This document shows, piece after piece, positions 49,280 through 59,054 of a stretch of DNA of 64,000 nt (positions are counted from its first letter, which is position 1; every line of letters begins with the position of its first letter). A program made the translations under genes and the position numbers. The stretch is from Candidatus Micrarchaeota archaeon (GTDB lineage Archaea > Micrarchaeota > Micrarchaeia > Anstonellales > Bilamarchaeaceae), in the NCBI GenBank assembly GCA_018304385.1, contig JAGVWJ010000008.1, positions 6,643 through 70,642 on the forward strand, written 5' to 3'. The notes beneath the pieces were generated by a model. That model did no database searches, was not told the DNA's origin, and saw nothing but the letters and a program-made list of their open reading frames with translations.

Positions 49280-50158
49280 ATGACAAAACTGCCGCAAGGC
49301 GATGAGATACGCGAGTATGAGCACGTAAAAAAACTTACAAAGGATAAAAAACTACATACTATTTGCGTTGAGGCGCGCTGTCCGAATATAAATGAATGTT
49401 GGGCAGGCGGCACTGCAACATTCCTGCTTATGGGTGATATATGCACACGCTACTGTAGATTTTGTCATACTAAAAGCAGCCGTGAAGGATTACCAATGCA
49501 TGAACTAGCCAGCGAACCAGAAAACTTGGCAAATGCAGTTGGAGAAATGAAACTTGAATATATTGTACTGACTTCAGTTGATCGCGATGATTTAGAAAAT
49601 CAAGGTTCGCAGCATTTTGCAGATTGTGTACGCGCAGTTGAGCAGGCGCATCCAAATGTAATTATTGAATTGCTTATTCCTGATTTCCGCGGAGATGAAT
49701 CTTGTATAAAACGGGTTGTTGAATCTGGCGCAGAAGTAATTGGACATAACATGGAAACAGTTGAAAGCTTGCAGACAACTGTACGCGATCGACGCGCTGG
49801 TTATACACAAAGCCTGCATGTGCTTACTACAATAAAAAAATTAAATCCAAAAATTTATACAAAAACCGCGCTTATGCTTGGTTTAGGTGAGAAAGATGAG
49901 GAAATAGAAAAAACAATGGATGATTTACGTGCAATAGATTGTGATATTATTACGTTTGGGCAATACCTTCAGCCAAGTCGCAAGCATTTAGCAGTGCAAG
50001 AATATGTTACACCAGAGAAATTTAAACACTGGCAAAAGCGAGCAGAAGAAAAAGGATTTTTATACTGTGCATCTGGCCCGTTCGTACGCAGCAGCTACCG
50101 TGCTGGCGAGTTTTTTATGAAAGGAGTTATAGAGAAAAGAAAAAAAGAAAAGAAATAG
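49280..50158 (+). CDS. lipA: lipoyl synthase
   Basis: 292 aa; CPNINECW and CTRYCRFC radical-SAM/auxiliary cluster motifs. Confidence 0.9.
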   Translation: MTKLPQGDEIREYEHVKKLTKDKKLHTICVEARCPNINECWAGGTATFLLMGDICTRYCRFCHTKSSREGLPMHELASEPENLANAVGEMKLEYIVLTSVDRDDLENQGSQHFADCVRAVEQAHPNVIIELLIPDFRGDESCIKRVVESGAEVIGHNMETVESLQTTVRDRRAGYTQSLHVLTTIKKLNPKIYTKTALMLGLGEKDEEIEKTMDDLRAIDCDIITFGQYLQPSRKHLAVQEYVTPEKFKHWQKRAEEKGFLYCASGPFVRSSYRAGEFFMKGVIEKRKKEKK

Positions 50159-50165
50159 CTTAAAT

Positions 50166-51509
50166 TTACTCTACACTCCAATTATATCTTTCTTCAGCTC
50201 TTGAAACCTTATCTCTTTCAATATAAGTTCTTGCCTTTTCTGAAAAGGTATTTGGATAAGTATCTTTTTGATACTCGATTTTTAATTTGGCGCGGGACCC
50301 TGATTCATCTATGTTAAATATTCCATAATATACGCTATCATGAGTAGTAATTACTATCTTATTGTTTTTATAATCAGCTTCCCAATCACCAGAAAGTATG
50401 ACTGATCCGCTATCCTCTACCCCAACAACGCGCTGTTTTTTGTAATATTTTGTATTATTGGTGAAAAATACAAGCACATCAGGAGTTTCGTCAATTACCC
50501 ATTGCTCTGACTTTAGATACCATTCACCAATAAGCTCTCCTTTATGGCCTTTATGAAACAAAATTGGATTAGTAAGATACGGTTCCCATGGCGTTGGCAC
50601 GACTCCGGATACATCTTTGCCCTTTGAAAGTATTGGATCTACTTCTTTTAGATATTTTTCAACGAACTGTTTTTTCTCATTCTCTTGTAAATAATCAAAT
50701 GGAGAAACTAGTGTTGCTCCCTTTATGAATTTATACCAATGAACAACACCATCTCGCCTATGCTGATCTGCAACATTAAATTCAGCAAACTGATATCCTG
50801 GCGCATGTGCAAATTTTTCACCATAACCAACTGGATCACCTGCCTTTACCTTATCACCAGGTTTTACGAGAGATCTTTGAACATGCATATGCTCGCCCCA
50901 AAGCCCATCTCCATAATAAATAATTATATTGGGAGTATCAACTGAGCCCCCTTCTAGATCATTGACGTAAACAACTACACCATCAGCCCAACTACGAATA
51001 GGAATATTATCTTTAATGGATATCCATTCATGATCTAATCCTTCAGCATGGCCTCCTGGATGCGCCCCATATGCGCCAATCTGAGCGTATAGTATATCCT
51101 CTAACTTGGCAGGTAATATAAGTCGTACAGAAGAAGCGCCTTCTGGCAATGGTTGTGTTACAGCATCAGTAACCCATTCTTTAGGCTTTGCAGCCTCTGG
51201 CACTTCACATAATTCATGTGATAGGTTTTTATTACAAAAATCATTGCATCTTCCTACATTGCTCTTGCAAAAAACAAAACAATCTTGCAGTGATGAACAA
51301 AAACCCATTCCTTTTGTTTGTGTTAGATCCTCTTCTACAGGTTCAGCTTTTTGTTCTTTTTCTATTTTTATCTCTGGTTTAGTTTCAGTTTTATTTTCCT
51401 TTGTAGATGTTTCAATTTTTGTTTCCTCTTTCTTCACTAATGTTTTATTTGTATCAGAGACATTTACAGTTTTCTCCGTAACATTTTCTTGTTGAACACA
51501 TCCGCTCAA
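50166..51509 (-). CDS. Cys-rich hypothetical protein, paralog of 51602-52600 (possible HxxxxD/HxH metallopeptidase-like domain)
   Basis: 447 aa; TTG start; N-terminal 33 codons identical at nucleotide level to paralog; 6-Cys block CSSLQDCFVFCKSNVGRCNDFC; HAEGLDH...EHMH. Confidence 0.5.
   Translation of the reverse strand: MSGCVQQENVTEKTVNVSDTNKTLVKKEETKIETSTKENKTETKPEIKIEKEQKAEPVEEDLTQTKGMGFCSSLQDCFVFCKSNVGRCNDFCNKNLSHELCEVPEAAKPKEWVTDAVTQPLPEGASSVRLILPAKLEDILYAQIGAYGAHPGGHAEGLDHEWISIKDNIPIRSWADGVVVYVNDLEGGSVDTPNIIIYYGDGLWGEHMHVQRSLVKPGDKVKAGDPVGYGEKFAHAPGYQFAEFNVADQHRRDGVVHWYKFIKGATLVSPFDYLQENEKKQFVEKYLKEVDPILSKGKDVSGVVPTPWEPYLTNPILFHKGHKGELIGEWYLKSEQWVIDETPDVLVFFTNNTKYYKKQRVVGVEDSGSVILSGDWEADYKNNKIVITTHDSVYYGIFNIDESGSRAKLKIEYQKDTYPNTFSEKARTYIERDKVSRAEERYNWSVE
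51409..51507. repeat. about 99-bp perfect direct repeat, copy 1 (covers start and first 33 codons of 50166-51509)
   Basis: identical to 52464-52563. Confidence 0.6.
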
Positions 51510-51601
51510 TACGCTTTCATTACCAAATACCTAACCTTATAAATTTTTAATACTTGATAATAACACGAAATGGTTCCAATTAGATTACCTTTATCCTAAA
51601 T

Positions 51602-52600
51602 TTATCTTTCAGTTATATTATGTAGTAAACATCCTGGAGCAACCCAAGCTTCTTGTTTGTAAACGTCTTTACCAATAAACTCTTCCCAATCATTTGCTAA
51701 TCTATTTATTTTTTCTTTATACATTGGTTTTAATGAGTTGTCTAAAAATTCAAATGGGCAATACTTAATAATATTTTGACCCCCAGTCCATACATTAATC
51801 TCAACATTTCCAAATTCTATTTTTCCGTAAGAAGGGGATACTTCAGCTAGTTCTTGGCCCACTAGGACCTTGTCTCCGGGTTTTATACGCACATTATAAA
51901 CATGCTCAAATCCAACGATCCAAGGAGAGGATTCATGAGTTTTTATAGAAATAAGATAGTCTTGTGACGGCTCGAAAAAATTCACATCTGTAATAACTCC
52001 CTCAATCGGGGATATAACTTTAGTGCCTACAGGAACATTAAACCCTATTTCTGGAAGCAGCTTGTCACCCATCTCATTAATTACTCTATGAGCAAACTCA
52101 GTAAAAATTTTATCGTCAACATAGTTCTTGTTTTCAAATAAAAAATCTCCCGCCATATTTGTTTTTCTGTCCCAAGGTTCTATTTTGATGCCTAAATTTT
52201 TTAGGACGGGCTCCATTTCTTGTAGTTTCTCTGTTTGTTCCGTTTCTTCTTGAGGTAGAAAAATTATTTTGCATAGCTCATTCTTACTTCCTTTACAATA
52301 TGATTCACAACGTCCGCGATTACTCAGGCAAAAATTTTTACATTCTCCTTCTCCTGTACATAAATCACCAAGTTTAGGAATCTGGGATGCATTTGAAAGG
52401 ATTGTTTTATTATATTTTTCCAAAGAATTGTTGAGAGTTGTTTCTGCAGGTAATATGGACTCGTTTTCAATTTTTGTTTCCTCTTTCTTCACTAATGTTT
52501 TATTTGTATCAGAGACATTTACAGTTTTCTCCGTAACATTTTCTTGTTGAACACATCCGCTCAGATTGCATAAGTAACTCATGAAATCTGGAAAAAACAT
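51602..52600 (-). CDS. Cys-rich hypothetical protein, paralog of 50166-51509
   Basis: 332 aa; shares SGCVQQENVTEKTVNVSDTNKTLVKKEETKIE and a 6-Cys block. Confidence 0.5.
   Translation of the reverse strand: MFFPDFMSYLCNLSGCVQQENVTEKTVNVSDTNKTLVKKEETKIENESILPAETTLNNSLEKYNKTILSNASQIPKLGDLCTGEGECKNFCLSNRGRCESYCKGSKNELCKIIFLPQEETEQTEKLQEMEPVLKNLGIKIEPWDRKTNMAGDFLFENKNYVDDKIFTEFAHRVINEMGDKLLPEIGFNVPVGTKVISPIEGVITDVNFFEPSQDYLISIKTHESSPWIVGFEHVYNVRIKPGDKVLVGQELAEVSPSYGKIEFGNVEINVWTGGQNIIKYCPFEFLDNSLKPMYKEKINRLANDWEEFIGKDVYKQEAWVAPGCLLHNITER
52464..52563. repeat. about 100-bp perfect direct repeat, copy 2
   Basis: identical to 51409-51507. Confidence 0.6.
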
Positions 52601-52853
52601 CTACAAAGCTGGAAAGCTAATTAAAATAGACTTGAAATACGATGACGCAATTCTAGAGATTAAGATTCATGGAGATTTCTTTCTTTATCCTGAAGATGCG
52701 ATAGAAAAATTGCAATCGCAATTAATTGGCACTGTCATTGACAAAAATGCAATAAAGACTCGAATTGATTCAATTCTAGAACGAGAAGGCATCGAACCAT
52801 TTGGATTCACAAGCGAACAGCTTGCTGAAGCGATTATTGGTGCTTGTAAATAG
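52581..52853 (+). CDS. lipoate-protein ligase C-terminal-domain-like protein (LplB-like)
   Basis: 90 aa; IKIHGDFFLYPEDAIEKL resembles the GDFF region of the LplA C-domain; near lipA and gcv genes. Confidence 0.4.
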   Translation: MKSGKNIYKAGKLIKIDLKYDDAILEIKIHGDFFLYPEDAIEKLQSQLIGTVIDKNAIKTRIDSILEREGIEPFGFTSEQLAEAIIGACK

Positions 52854-53003
52854 CTTTTTAATCCTTTCTATAGTAACAGATGATCAAATCAAATTACGGT
52901 GAAAGAATATGATAAAGCCAATGAGAATGGAAGAAGAAGAAGATTGGGAAGACGAAGATTTCGACGAAGAAGAATGGGATGAGGAAGAAGAAGAAGACGA
53001 ATT

Positions 53004-53303
53004 CTAATTCAATTTTTCTAATTCTACTTTTATTTCTTTTGTTTCTCCTCTATCTACACGAAATGCATCTACGTATCCGGTATAACCGTCCTTTGTTATT
53101 ACTATTGTGTGCTTACCAGGAGATAATGAGACCTCTAAGGAGCCACTGGCAGGCGTAAACCCTCTAGGAACGTCATCTATAATTACCCTTGCGCCTTCTG
53201 GTAAAGAACTAATTTCTGCAAAACCTGTAGGCGAATTTGCCTTGCTAATAATTAGAAACAATAGAAAAAACATACCAGTTACAAAAACAACCTTTTCAGC
53301 CAT
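53004..53303 (-). CDS. PEGA-domain secreted protein
   Basis: 99 aa; signal/TM then LPEGARVIIDDVPRGFTP PEGA signature. Confidence 0.6.
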   Translation of the reverse strand: MAEKVVFVTGMFFLLFLIISKANSPTGFAEISSLPEGARVIIDDVPRGFTPASGSLEVSLSPGKHTIVITKDGYTGYVDAFRVDRGETKEIKVELEKLN

Positions 53304-53372
53304 CTAATCACCCTTAACATATTATAAAGAAATAACAATATAAATCATTCTGCAAGTATATTAATAATTAAC

Positions 53373-53804
53373 GGGCCCGTAGCTCAGCCAGCCTTGAATT
53401 GCAAATTCAAGATTTGCAGGCAAGGCCTGCAATGGACAGATCGGCAGCCTTCTATGCCCAGCCTTTTTAGAATCTTGAGTATTTCTCATGGAAAAAAGGC
53501 TAGGCTTAACCCAAAAACTAGGATTACTTGTTTTGGGGCTCGACCTTTTCGACATTAAAATATAGAAGTGTTGAAAAGGGCGAAAGAGGATAGCTGTAGG
53601 ACATGGGTTCAAAGCCATATCCCCTTTCTTAGGAAGAAAGGGGCTGAGTCATTCACCCCCAAAGAAGCGGTGATTGTCTGAGTTATACCTAAAATTGCCG
53701 ACGCATGCTTTGCATGCGTCTAAAGCGCATTTATAAGAAAAATCTTAGGATAGCGCGGCTATTTCGCATAGGTATAACAATGGACGAAATTCCCATCGGG
53801 CCCG
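53373..53804 (+). tRNA. tRNA-like 5' fragment (GGGCCCGTAGCTCAGCC) with distant matching 3' acceptor strand; possibly an intron-disrupted, split or degraded tRNA, or an integration scar
   Basis: 5' 17 nt are a canonical archaeal tRNA acceptor/D-arm start; 53397-53810 CGGGCCC+G then oligo-T; 10-bp direct repeat CGGGCCCGTA at 53372-53381 and 53797-53806; no canonical anticodon/T arms could be assembled; interior GC-rich with several hairpins. Confidence 0.3.
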
Positions 53805-53884
53805 TATTTTATTTTCCTATTTTAGCATGCTTTAAATTCCTTTTCTATTTAAAACATCTATTATATAATCACTTATTCTAATTT

Positions 53885-54151
53885 ATGGATGTGGTTCTAA
53901 TGGATTCAAAAATAAAACAGATAAATGAAATGATCGAACACTTGATAGGTGATACTACTGTTCCAAAAAATATTAGAAAGGTGCTAACAGAAGCGAATGG
54001 CCGATTAAAAGGTGCTGAAGAACCAATAGTAAAAGCTAGTGCTGCAATCTATCTTATTGAATCAATAAGCGATGATATAAACATGCCTGCGCACGCACGA
54101 ACGCAAATATGGGGGATAATTAGTGCATTGGAAGGGCTAAAAAACCAATAG
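53885..54151 (+). CDS. UPF0147-like small archaeal protein
   Basis: 88 aa helical protein immediately upstream of PolD DP1. Confidence 0.45.
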   Translation: MDVVLMDSKIKQINEMIEHLIGDTTVPKNIRKVLTEANGRLKGAEEPIVKASAAIYLIESISDDINMPAHARTQIWGIISALEGLKNQ

Positions 54152-54159
54152 GCGATTTT

Positions 54160-55582
54160 TTGCTAGAAAAATTAATGGAAAAAGGAATAAGACTTACACT
54201 TGATGCAGAAGAACAAATAAAAAAAAGCGATGTGCAAGACGAGATTGTTGATGAGTTACTAACATTGAACAAACCACTTATATCCAAAGAAGATGTTGAA
54301 TCTATTTTAAATAAAAAAATAACCTCCCCAATTGTGGATATAAAGTCTGCAACTAATTTTTTACCACTTGCAAAAGAATGGGACACAGATATTAAGATTA
54401 ATCATACGCGAGATGTTACTGGTAAATCACGTGGAAAAGGAGAGCTAGATGATTTTGTAAGCTACTTTCGCAATCGTTATGAAAGGCTTGCGCGCTTGTT
54501 GCGCACTGGTAGCAAATACCCAAACGCAGACCTTAAAGACATAAAACGATATGTTAACGAGAGGGTGCGCGTAATTGTAACTATTTCTGAGAAAAGAGAG
54601 ACACAAAAAGGAAATACTTTATTCGAAATAGAAGATCTAACTGGCGCATTTAAGGCAGTTGTTTCTGCAAATAAGTTTTCAAAAGAAAAAGAATTGGCAT
54701 TCGAAAAGGCAAAACAAGTGCTGTTGGACGATGTTGTAGCAGTTTCTGGCAAAGTTCTAGAACCCTACATAATAGTTGATGATATTGAATGGCCTGATCT
54801 GCCAGTTTTGCGTGAGCGCAAGCTAATAGAAAAGGATTTGGCTATTGCATATATTAGCGATATGCATTTTGGCTCAAGATATTTTTTAGATCATTATTTA
54901 GAGGCATTTTTAGATTGGTTACATGGAAAGGGAGAAGAACGTGAGCTTGCTAGTAAAGTAAAATATATTGTAGTTGCTGGCGACATAGTTGATGGTATTG
55001 GTGTTTATCCAAATCAGGAAAAGGAACTAGTTGTAAAAGATATTTACCAACAGTATAAAATGTTTGATGATTTTATGGAAAGAGTGCCTGATTACATAAA
55101 AGTAATAATGGCACCAGGAAATCATGATGCTGTACGCCGTGGCGAACCAATGCCTGCTGTGCCTAAGGATCTAATAAAATCTGATGAAGTTATTAGGATT
55201 GGTAATCCAAGCTGCGTTGCTATTGAAGGATTAAAGCATTTGGTTTATCATGGTACATCAATGGACTCATTAATCGCTGCATTGCCTGATGGTTGAATAT
55301 TTAAAGCGCAGGCATCTTTCTCCTATTTATGGCGGCAATTTAATAATTCCTGAAAAGGTAGATTATTTCGTAATAGAGGATGAACCAGATGTTTTGCATT
55401 GCGGTCATGTGCACAAAAACGGATATGCACTTTATCGCGGCACATTAGTAATTAACTCGGGCACATTCCAAGATAGAACAGAATATCAGATTAAACAAGG
55501 ACATGTACCTACTCCTGCAATTGTACCGGTTTATGAGGCAAAATACGGCAGGTTAAAGAGTATTGATTTTAAGACGAGCTAA
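54160..55582 (+). CDS. polB: DNA polymerase D small subunit DP1 (exonuclease), interrupted by a +1 frameshift at about 55289-55296
   Basis: ORF 54160-55296 (OB-fold + N-part of calcineurin-like phosphoesterase domain) and ORF 55289-55582 (KRRHLSPIYGG, GHVHKNGY phosphoesterase motifs) overlap by 8 nt in different frames. Confidence 0.7.
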
Positions 55583-55643
55583 ATTAAGCAACGCTAGCGA
55601 TCTCTTTTTATTAATTTCCGCAGTATTTACTCTTGCGAGTTTT

Positions 55644-58600
55644 ATGCAAACTTCTTCTGATTATTTTGAAACATTAAAAAACGAGCTGCAAAAAGCATAT
55701 GCAACTGCCAGTGCTGCACGCAGCAAGGGATTTGATCCTGAACGCGAGGTAGAAGTAAAAATTACAAGGGATGTTGCTGCCCGTGTTGAAGGAATTGTCG
55801 GGCCACCAGGCATTGCAGATATTATACGCAAAATGGAACAAGGCGGAAAGGCGCGTGAGGATGTTGCATTTGAGATTGTGCGCATGATTGCAAGTGGCGA
55901 AATAATAAAGAAAACAAAAGAAGAACTAATTGAACAAGCAGTGCGCACTGGTCTAGGAATATTAACAGAAGGTGTATTAGTTGCTCCTACTGAAGGTATA
56001 GCAAAAATACGCATAAAAAATAATCCTGATGGAAGCGATTATGTTGCAGTTTATTATGCTGGTCCGATAAGAAGCGCGGGTGGAACTGCAGTTGCATTAA
56101 GCGTTGTGCTTGCAGATATTGCGCGAAGGGCATTAGGTATTGGCGATTATCGCACAACTGATACACAAATAGAACGCTATGTAGAAGAGATCAATATTTA
56201 TGAAGCGCGCGTTGCACATCTGCAGTATAAACCACCAGAGGATGACGTAAGGTGGGTTGTTAAGAACTGTGTAATTTGCGTTGATGGCGACCCTACAGAG
56301 GATGTTGAAGTAAGCGCATTTCGCAATGTACCTGGTGTAGAAACCAATCGCATTCGAGGTGGTATTCCACTAGTTATATGCGAAGGAATAGCACAAAAGG
56401 CAACTAAAGTTCTTAAATATACGAAAAAGCTTAAGCTAGGCTGGGACTGGCTTGAAAAAATAATAAAGATTTCGAGAAAAGAGGATAAAGTTGAAATAAA
56501 GCCAGACGATAATTATCTGGATGGATTGGTCGCTGGCAGGCCAGTATTCAGCTATCCTTCAACAAAAGGTGGATTTCGCTTACGCTATGGAAAAAGCAAA
56601 ACAAATAGTTTAATGGCAAAAAATATTCATCCTGCAACTATGTTTGTATTAGAAAATTTTCTTGCATTTGGCACGCACATAAAAATTGAAAGGCCAGGAA
56701 AAGGTTGTGTGGTTGCACCTTGCGAACAGCTCGAGCCACCAGTAGTAAAACTAAAAGATGGAAGCGTAATGAAAGTAAGAACAATAGAAGACGCACTTCG
56801 CATTAAGGAGAACATAGCAGAGATATTATTTCTTGGAGATATTCTTGTTACATATGGGGATTTCTACAAATCAAATCACCCTCTTCTCCCGAGTGCATGG
56901 TGTACAGAATGGTTTGAAAAAGAATGCGATGCAAAAAATGTTAAGGTACCGCACAAATTAGATGGAAAGGAGGCATTTGAATTTTCAAAAACGCATAATG
57001 TACCTTTGCATCCTGATTATACGCTTAATTGGCATGATATAACTATCTTGCAGTTAAAACAGCTTGTTGACTGGTTAATGACCGCTAAACCAATGTTTGA
57101 AAACGAAGAGCTGCGAGAAGTAGTAGTTAAAGCAACTGAATCTGTTGCAATATTAGAAGATCTTTTAGTTGAGTATAAGGCAGTTGGAGATAACATTGCT
57201 ATTTCTAGTGATTATGGGTATTCGTTATTTGCTAGCTTAGGTATGCTTAATGATAAAGAAATAACAAATAAAAAATTCGAATCAGCTTTCTCTCTGGAGA
57301 AAAAACCGCTTGATATTGTTAATGAGCTTTCTGGAATTGTAATCAAAACAAAAATGCCAACATATATTGGCGCAAGAATGGGCAGACCGGAAAAAGCAAA
57401 AGAACGCAAGATGGACGGGTCACCAAATGTACTGTTTCCAACAGGCTCGCAGAATAATAGAAGCATTATGAAGGTTTATCGCACGCTTAAGACAAAAGAA
57501 GGAGAAAAAACGACTAATCTTGACTTAGTAAGAATGCGATGCACCAAATGCCAATCGCTTGGGTTTTACACTACATGCGGTATTTGCAATAGCGAGTGTA
57601 AAAAAGAATTGCTCTGCCAAAAATGCAACCGTGCTGTTGTAACAGGAATTCATTGCGACAATAAAACATTGCTATATGACCGCAGGCCTATAGATATTGT
57701 GAATCTGCTTGAAGAAACAAAGAAAAAATTAGATATTATGCCAGATGATGTCAAGGGTGTAAAGGGATTATCAAATATAGAACGGATCCCAGAACGTTTG
57801 GAAAAAGGGTTTTTGCGTGCGAAGAACGATGTTTATGTTTTCAGAGATGGAACTAGCCGCTTTGATGCGTCAAATGTGCCATTAACGCATTTTACTGCAA
57901 AAGAAATAGGGGTAAGTATTCAAAGATTGAAACAGCTTGGTTATGATAAAGACTATTTAGGAAATCCAATAACCAGTGATGAGCAGATTATTCCCTTAAA
58001 AGTACAAGATATAGTAATTGCCAAAAGTGGTGCAGATTATTTCATTCGTGTTGCTAATTTCATTGATGACATGCTTGTAAATTTATATGGTACGCAAGCG
58101 TTCTATAATATTAAAACAAAGGAAGATCTAGTTGGCCATTTGGCTGCTGGACTATCACCGCATACCAGCGCTGCAGTGCTTTGCCGCATAATAGGATTTA
58201 CAGATGCGTTTGTTGGATACGCACATCCTTTTTTTCATACTGCGAAGAGGAGGAACTGCGATGGTGACGAGGATTGCATAATGCTTTTGTTAGATGCACT
58301 AATAAATTTCTCACGCCATTATTTGGATGAGAAACGCGGTGGCACAATGGATGCACCACTTGTGCTTACTCCAATACTTGATCCAAAAGAGGTTGATGAC
58401 GAGGCGCATGCAATAGAATGTGTTAGTTCATATCCGCTAGAATTCTACCAAGCAACTGAGCGCTTTGCAATGCCAAGTGAAGTGAAATTAAAAATTGTTA
58501 AGGATATTCTTGGTACGCCTGAGCAATATGATGGTATATCACTTACACATCCCTCAGGAGACATAAATAAAGGAAATCTAAGAACAGCTTATGTCCAATT

Positions 58601-59003
58601 AGAATCTATTCCTGATAAAATAAATATCCAGTTTAAACTGCAAGAAAGGATACGTGCAGTTGACAAGAAAAACGCTGCAGAACGCTTGATATTAAGCCAT
58701 TTTATTCCGGATTTATATGGAAACCTACGATCGTTTTCTCGGCAAACGTTTCGTTGTGTAAATTGCAATGAAATATATAGACGCACACCACTAGCTGGCA
58801 AATGTATACGCTGCGGAGGCAATCTGCTTTTAACAATAAACAAGGGTGGGATACAAAAGTATCTTGAGATTTCACGCAAGATAGTTGAGGAATATGATCT
58901 GCCTATTTATCTAAAACAAAGGCTCGAACTAGTTGAAAAAGAGATAAAAAGCATATTTGAAGATGAAAAAATAAAACAGTTGGGACTGGCGGATTTTATA
59001 TAG
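55644..59003 (+). CDS. polC: DNA polymerase D large subunit DP2
   Basis: about 1120 aa; DP2 N-terminus SDYFETLKNELQKAYATASAARSKGFDPEREVE; Zn-finger Cys clusters near C-terminus; ORF track start 55563 likely too far upstream. Confidence 0.9.
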   Translation: MQTSSDYFETLKNELQKAYATASAARSKGFDPEREVEVKITRDVAARVEGIVGPPGIADIIRKMEQGGKAREDVAFEIVRMIASGEIIKKTKEELIEQAVRTGLGILTEGVLVAPTEGIAKIRIKNNPDGSDYVAVYYAGPIRSAGGTAVALSVVLADIARRALGIGDYRTTDTQIERYVEEINIYEARVAHLQYKPPEDDVRWVVKNCVICVDGDPTEDVEVSAFRNVPGVETNRIRGGIPLVICEGIAQKATKVLKYTKKLKLGWDWLEKIIKISRKEDKVEIKPDDNYLDGLVAGRPVFSYPSTKGGFRLRYGKSKTNSLMAKNIHPATMFVLENFLAFGTHIKIERPGKGCVVAPCEQLEPPVVKLKDGSVMKVRTIEDALRIKENIAEILFLGDILVTYGDFYKSNHPLLPSAWCTEWFEKECDAKNVKVPHKLDGKEAFEFSKTHNVPLHPDYTLNWHDITILQLKQLVDWLMTAKPMFENEELREVVVKATESVAILEDLLVEYKAVGDNIAISSDYGYSLFASLGMLNDKEITNKKFESAFSLEKKPLDIVNELSGIVIKTKMPTYIGARMGRPEKAKERKMDGSPNVLFPTGSQNNRSIMKVYRTLKTKEGEKTTNLDLVRMRCTKCQSLGFYTTCGICNSECKKELLCQKCNRAVVTGIHCDNKTLLYDRRPIDIVNLLEETKKKLDIMPDDVKGVKGLSNIERIPERLEKGFLRAKNDVYVFRDGTSRFDASNVPLTHFTAKEIGVSIQRLKQLGYDKDYLGNPITSDEQIIPLKVQDIVIAKSGADYFIRVANFIDDMLVNLYGTQAFYNIKTKEDLVGHLAAGLSPHTSAAVLCRIIGFTDAFVGYAHPFFHTAKRRNCDGDEDCIMLLLDALINFSRHYLDEKRGGTMDAPLVLTPILDPKEVDDEAHAIECVSSYPLEFYQATERFAMPSEVKLKIVKDILGTPEQYDGISLTHPSGDINKGNLRTAYVQLESIPDKINIQFKLQERIRAVDKKNAAERLILSHFIPDLYGNLRSFSRQTFRCVNCNEIYRRTPLAGKCIRCGGNLLLTINKGGIQKYLEISRKIVEEYDLPIYLKQRLELVEKEIKSIFEDEKIKQLGLADFI

Positions 59004-59054
59004 TGGTAGAAAGAGTTTGAAGATTTATAAATACTTCGGTCTAAAGTACTTGTT

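Noticed and set aside
53373-53460. Reading 53394-53410 (TTGAA-TTGCAAA-TTCAA) as the anticodon arm of an intron-less tRNA-Cys(GCA)
   Set aside because: No D-stem partner (GAGC) and no T-arm or 3' acceptor strand follow within 100 nt, so the local hairpin alone is insufficient.
53361-53618. ORF 53361-53618 (-) across the tRNA-like GC-rich region
   Set aside because: An open frame is expected by chance in GC-rich structured RNA, and it is antisense to the tRNA-like start.
55661-57466. Minus-strand ORFs inside polD DP2
   Set aside because: Antisense to a strongly conserved gene.
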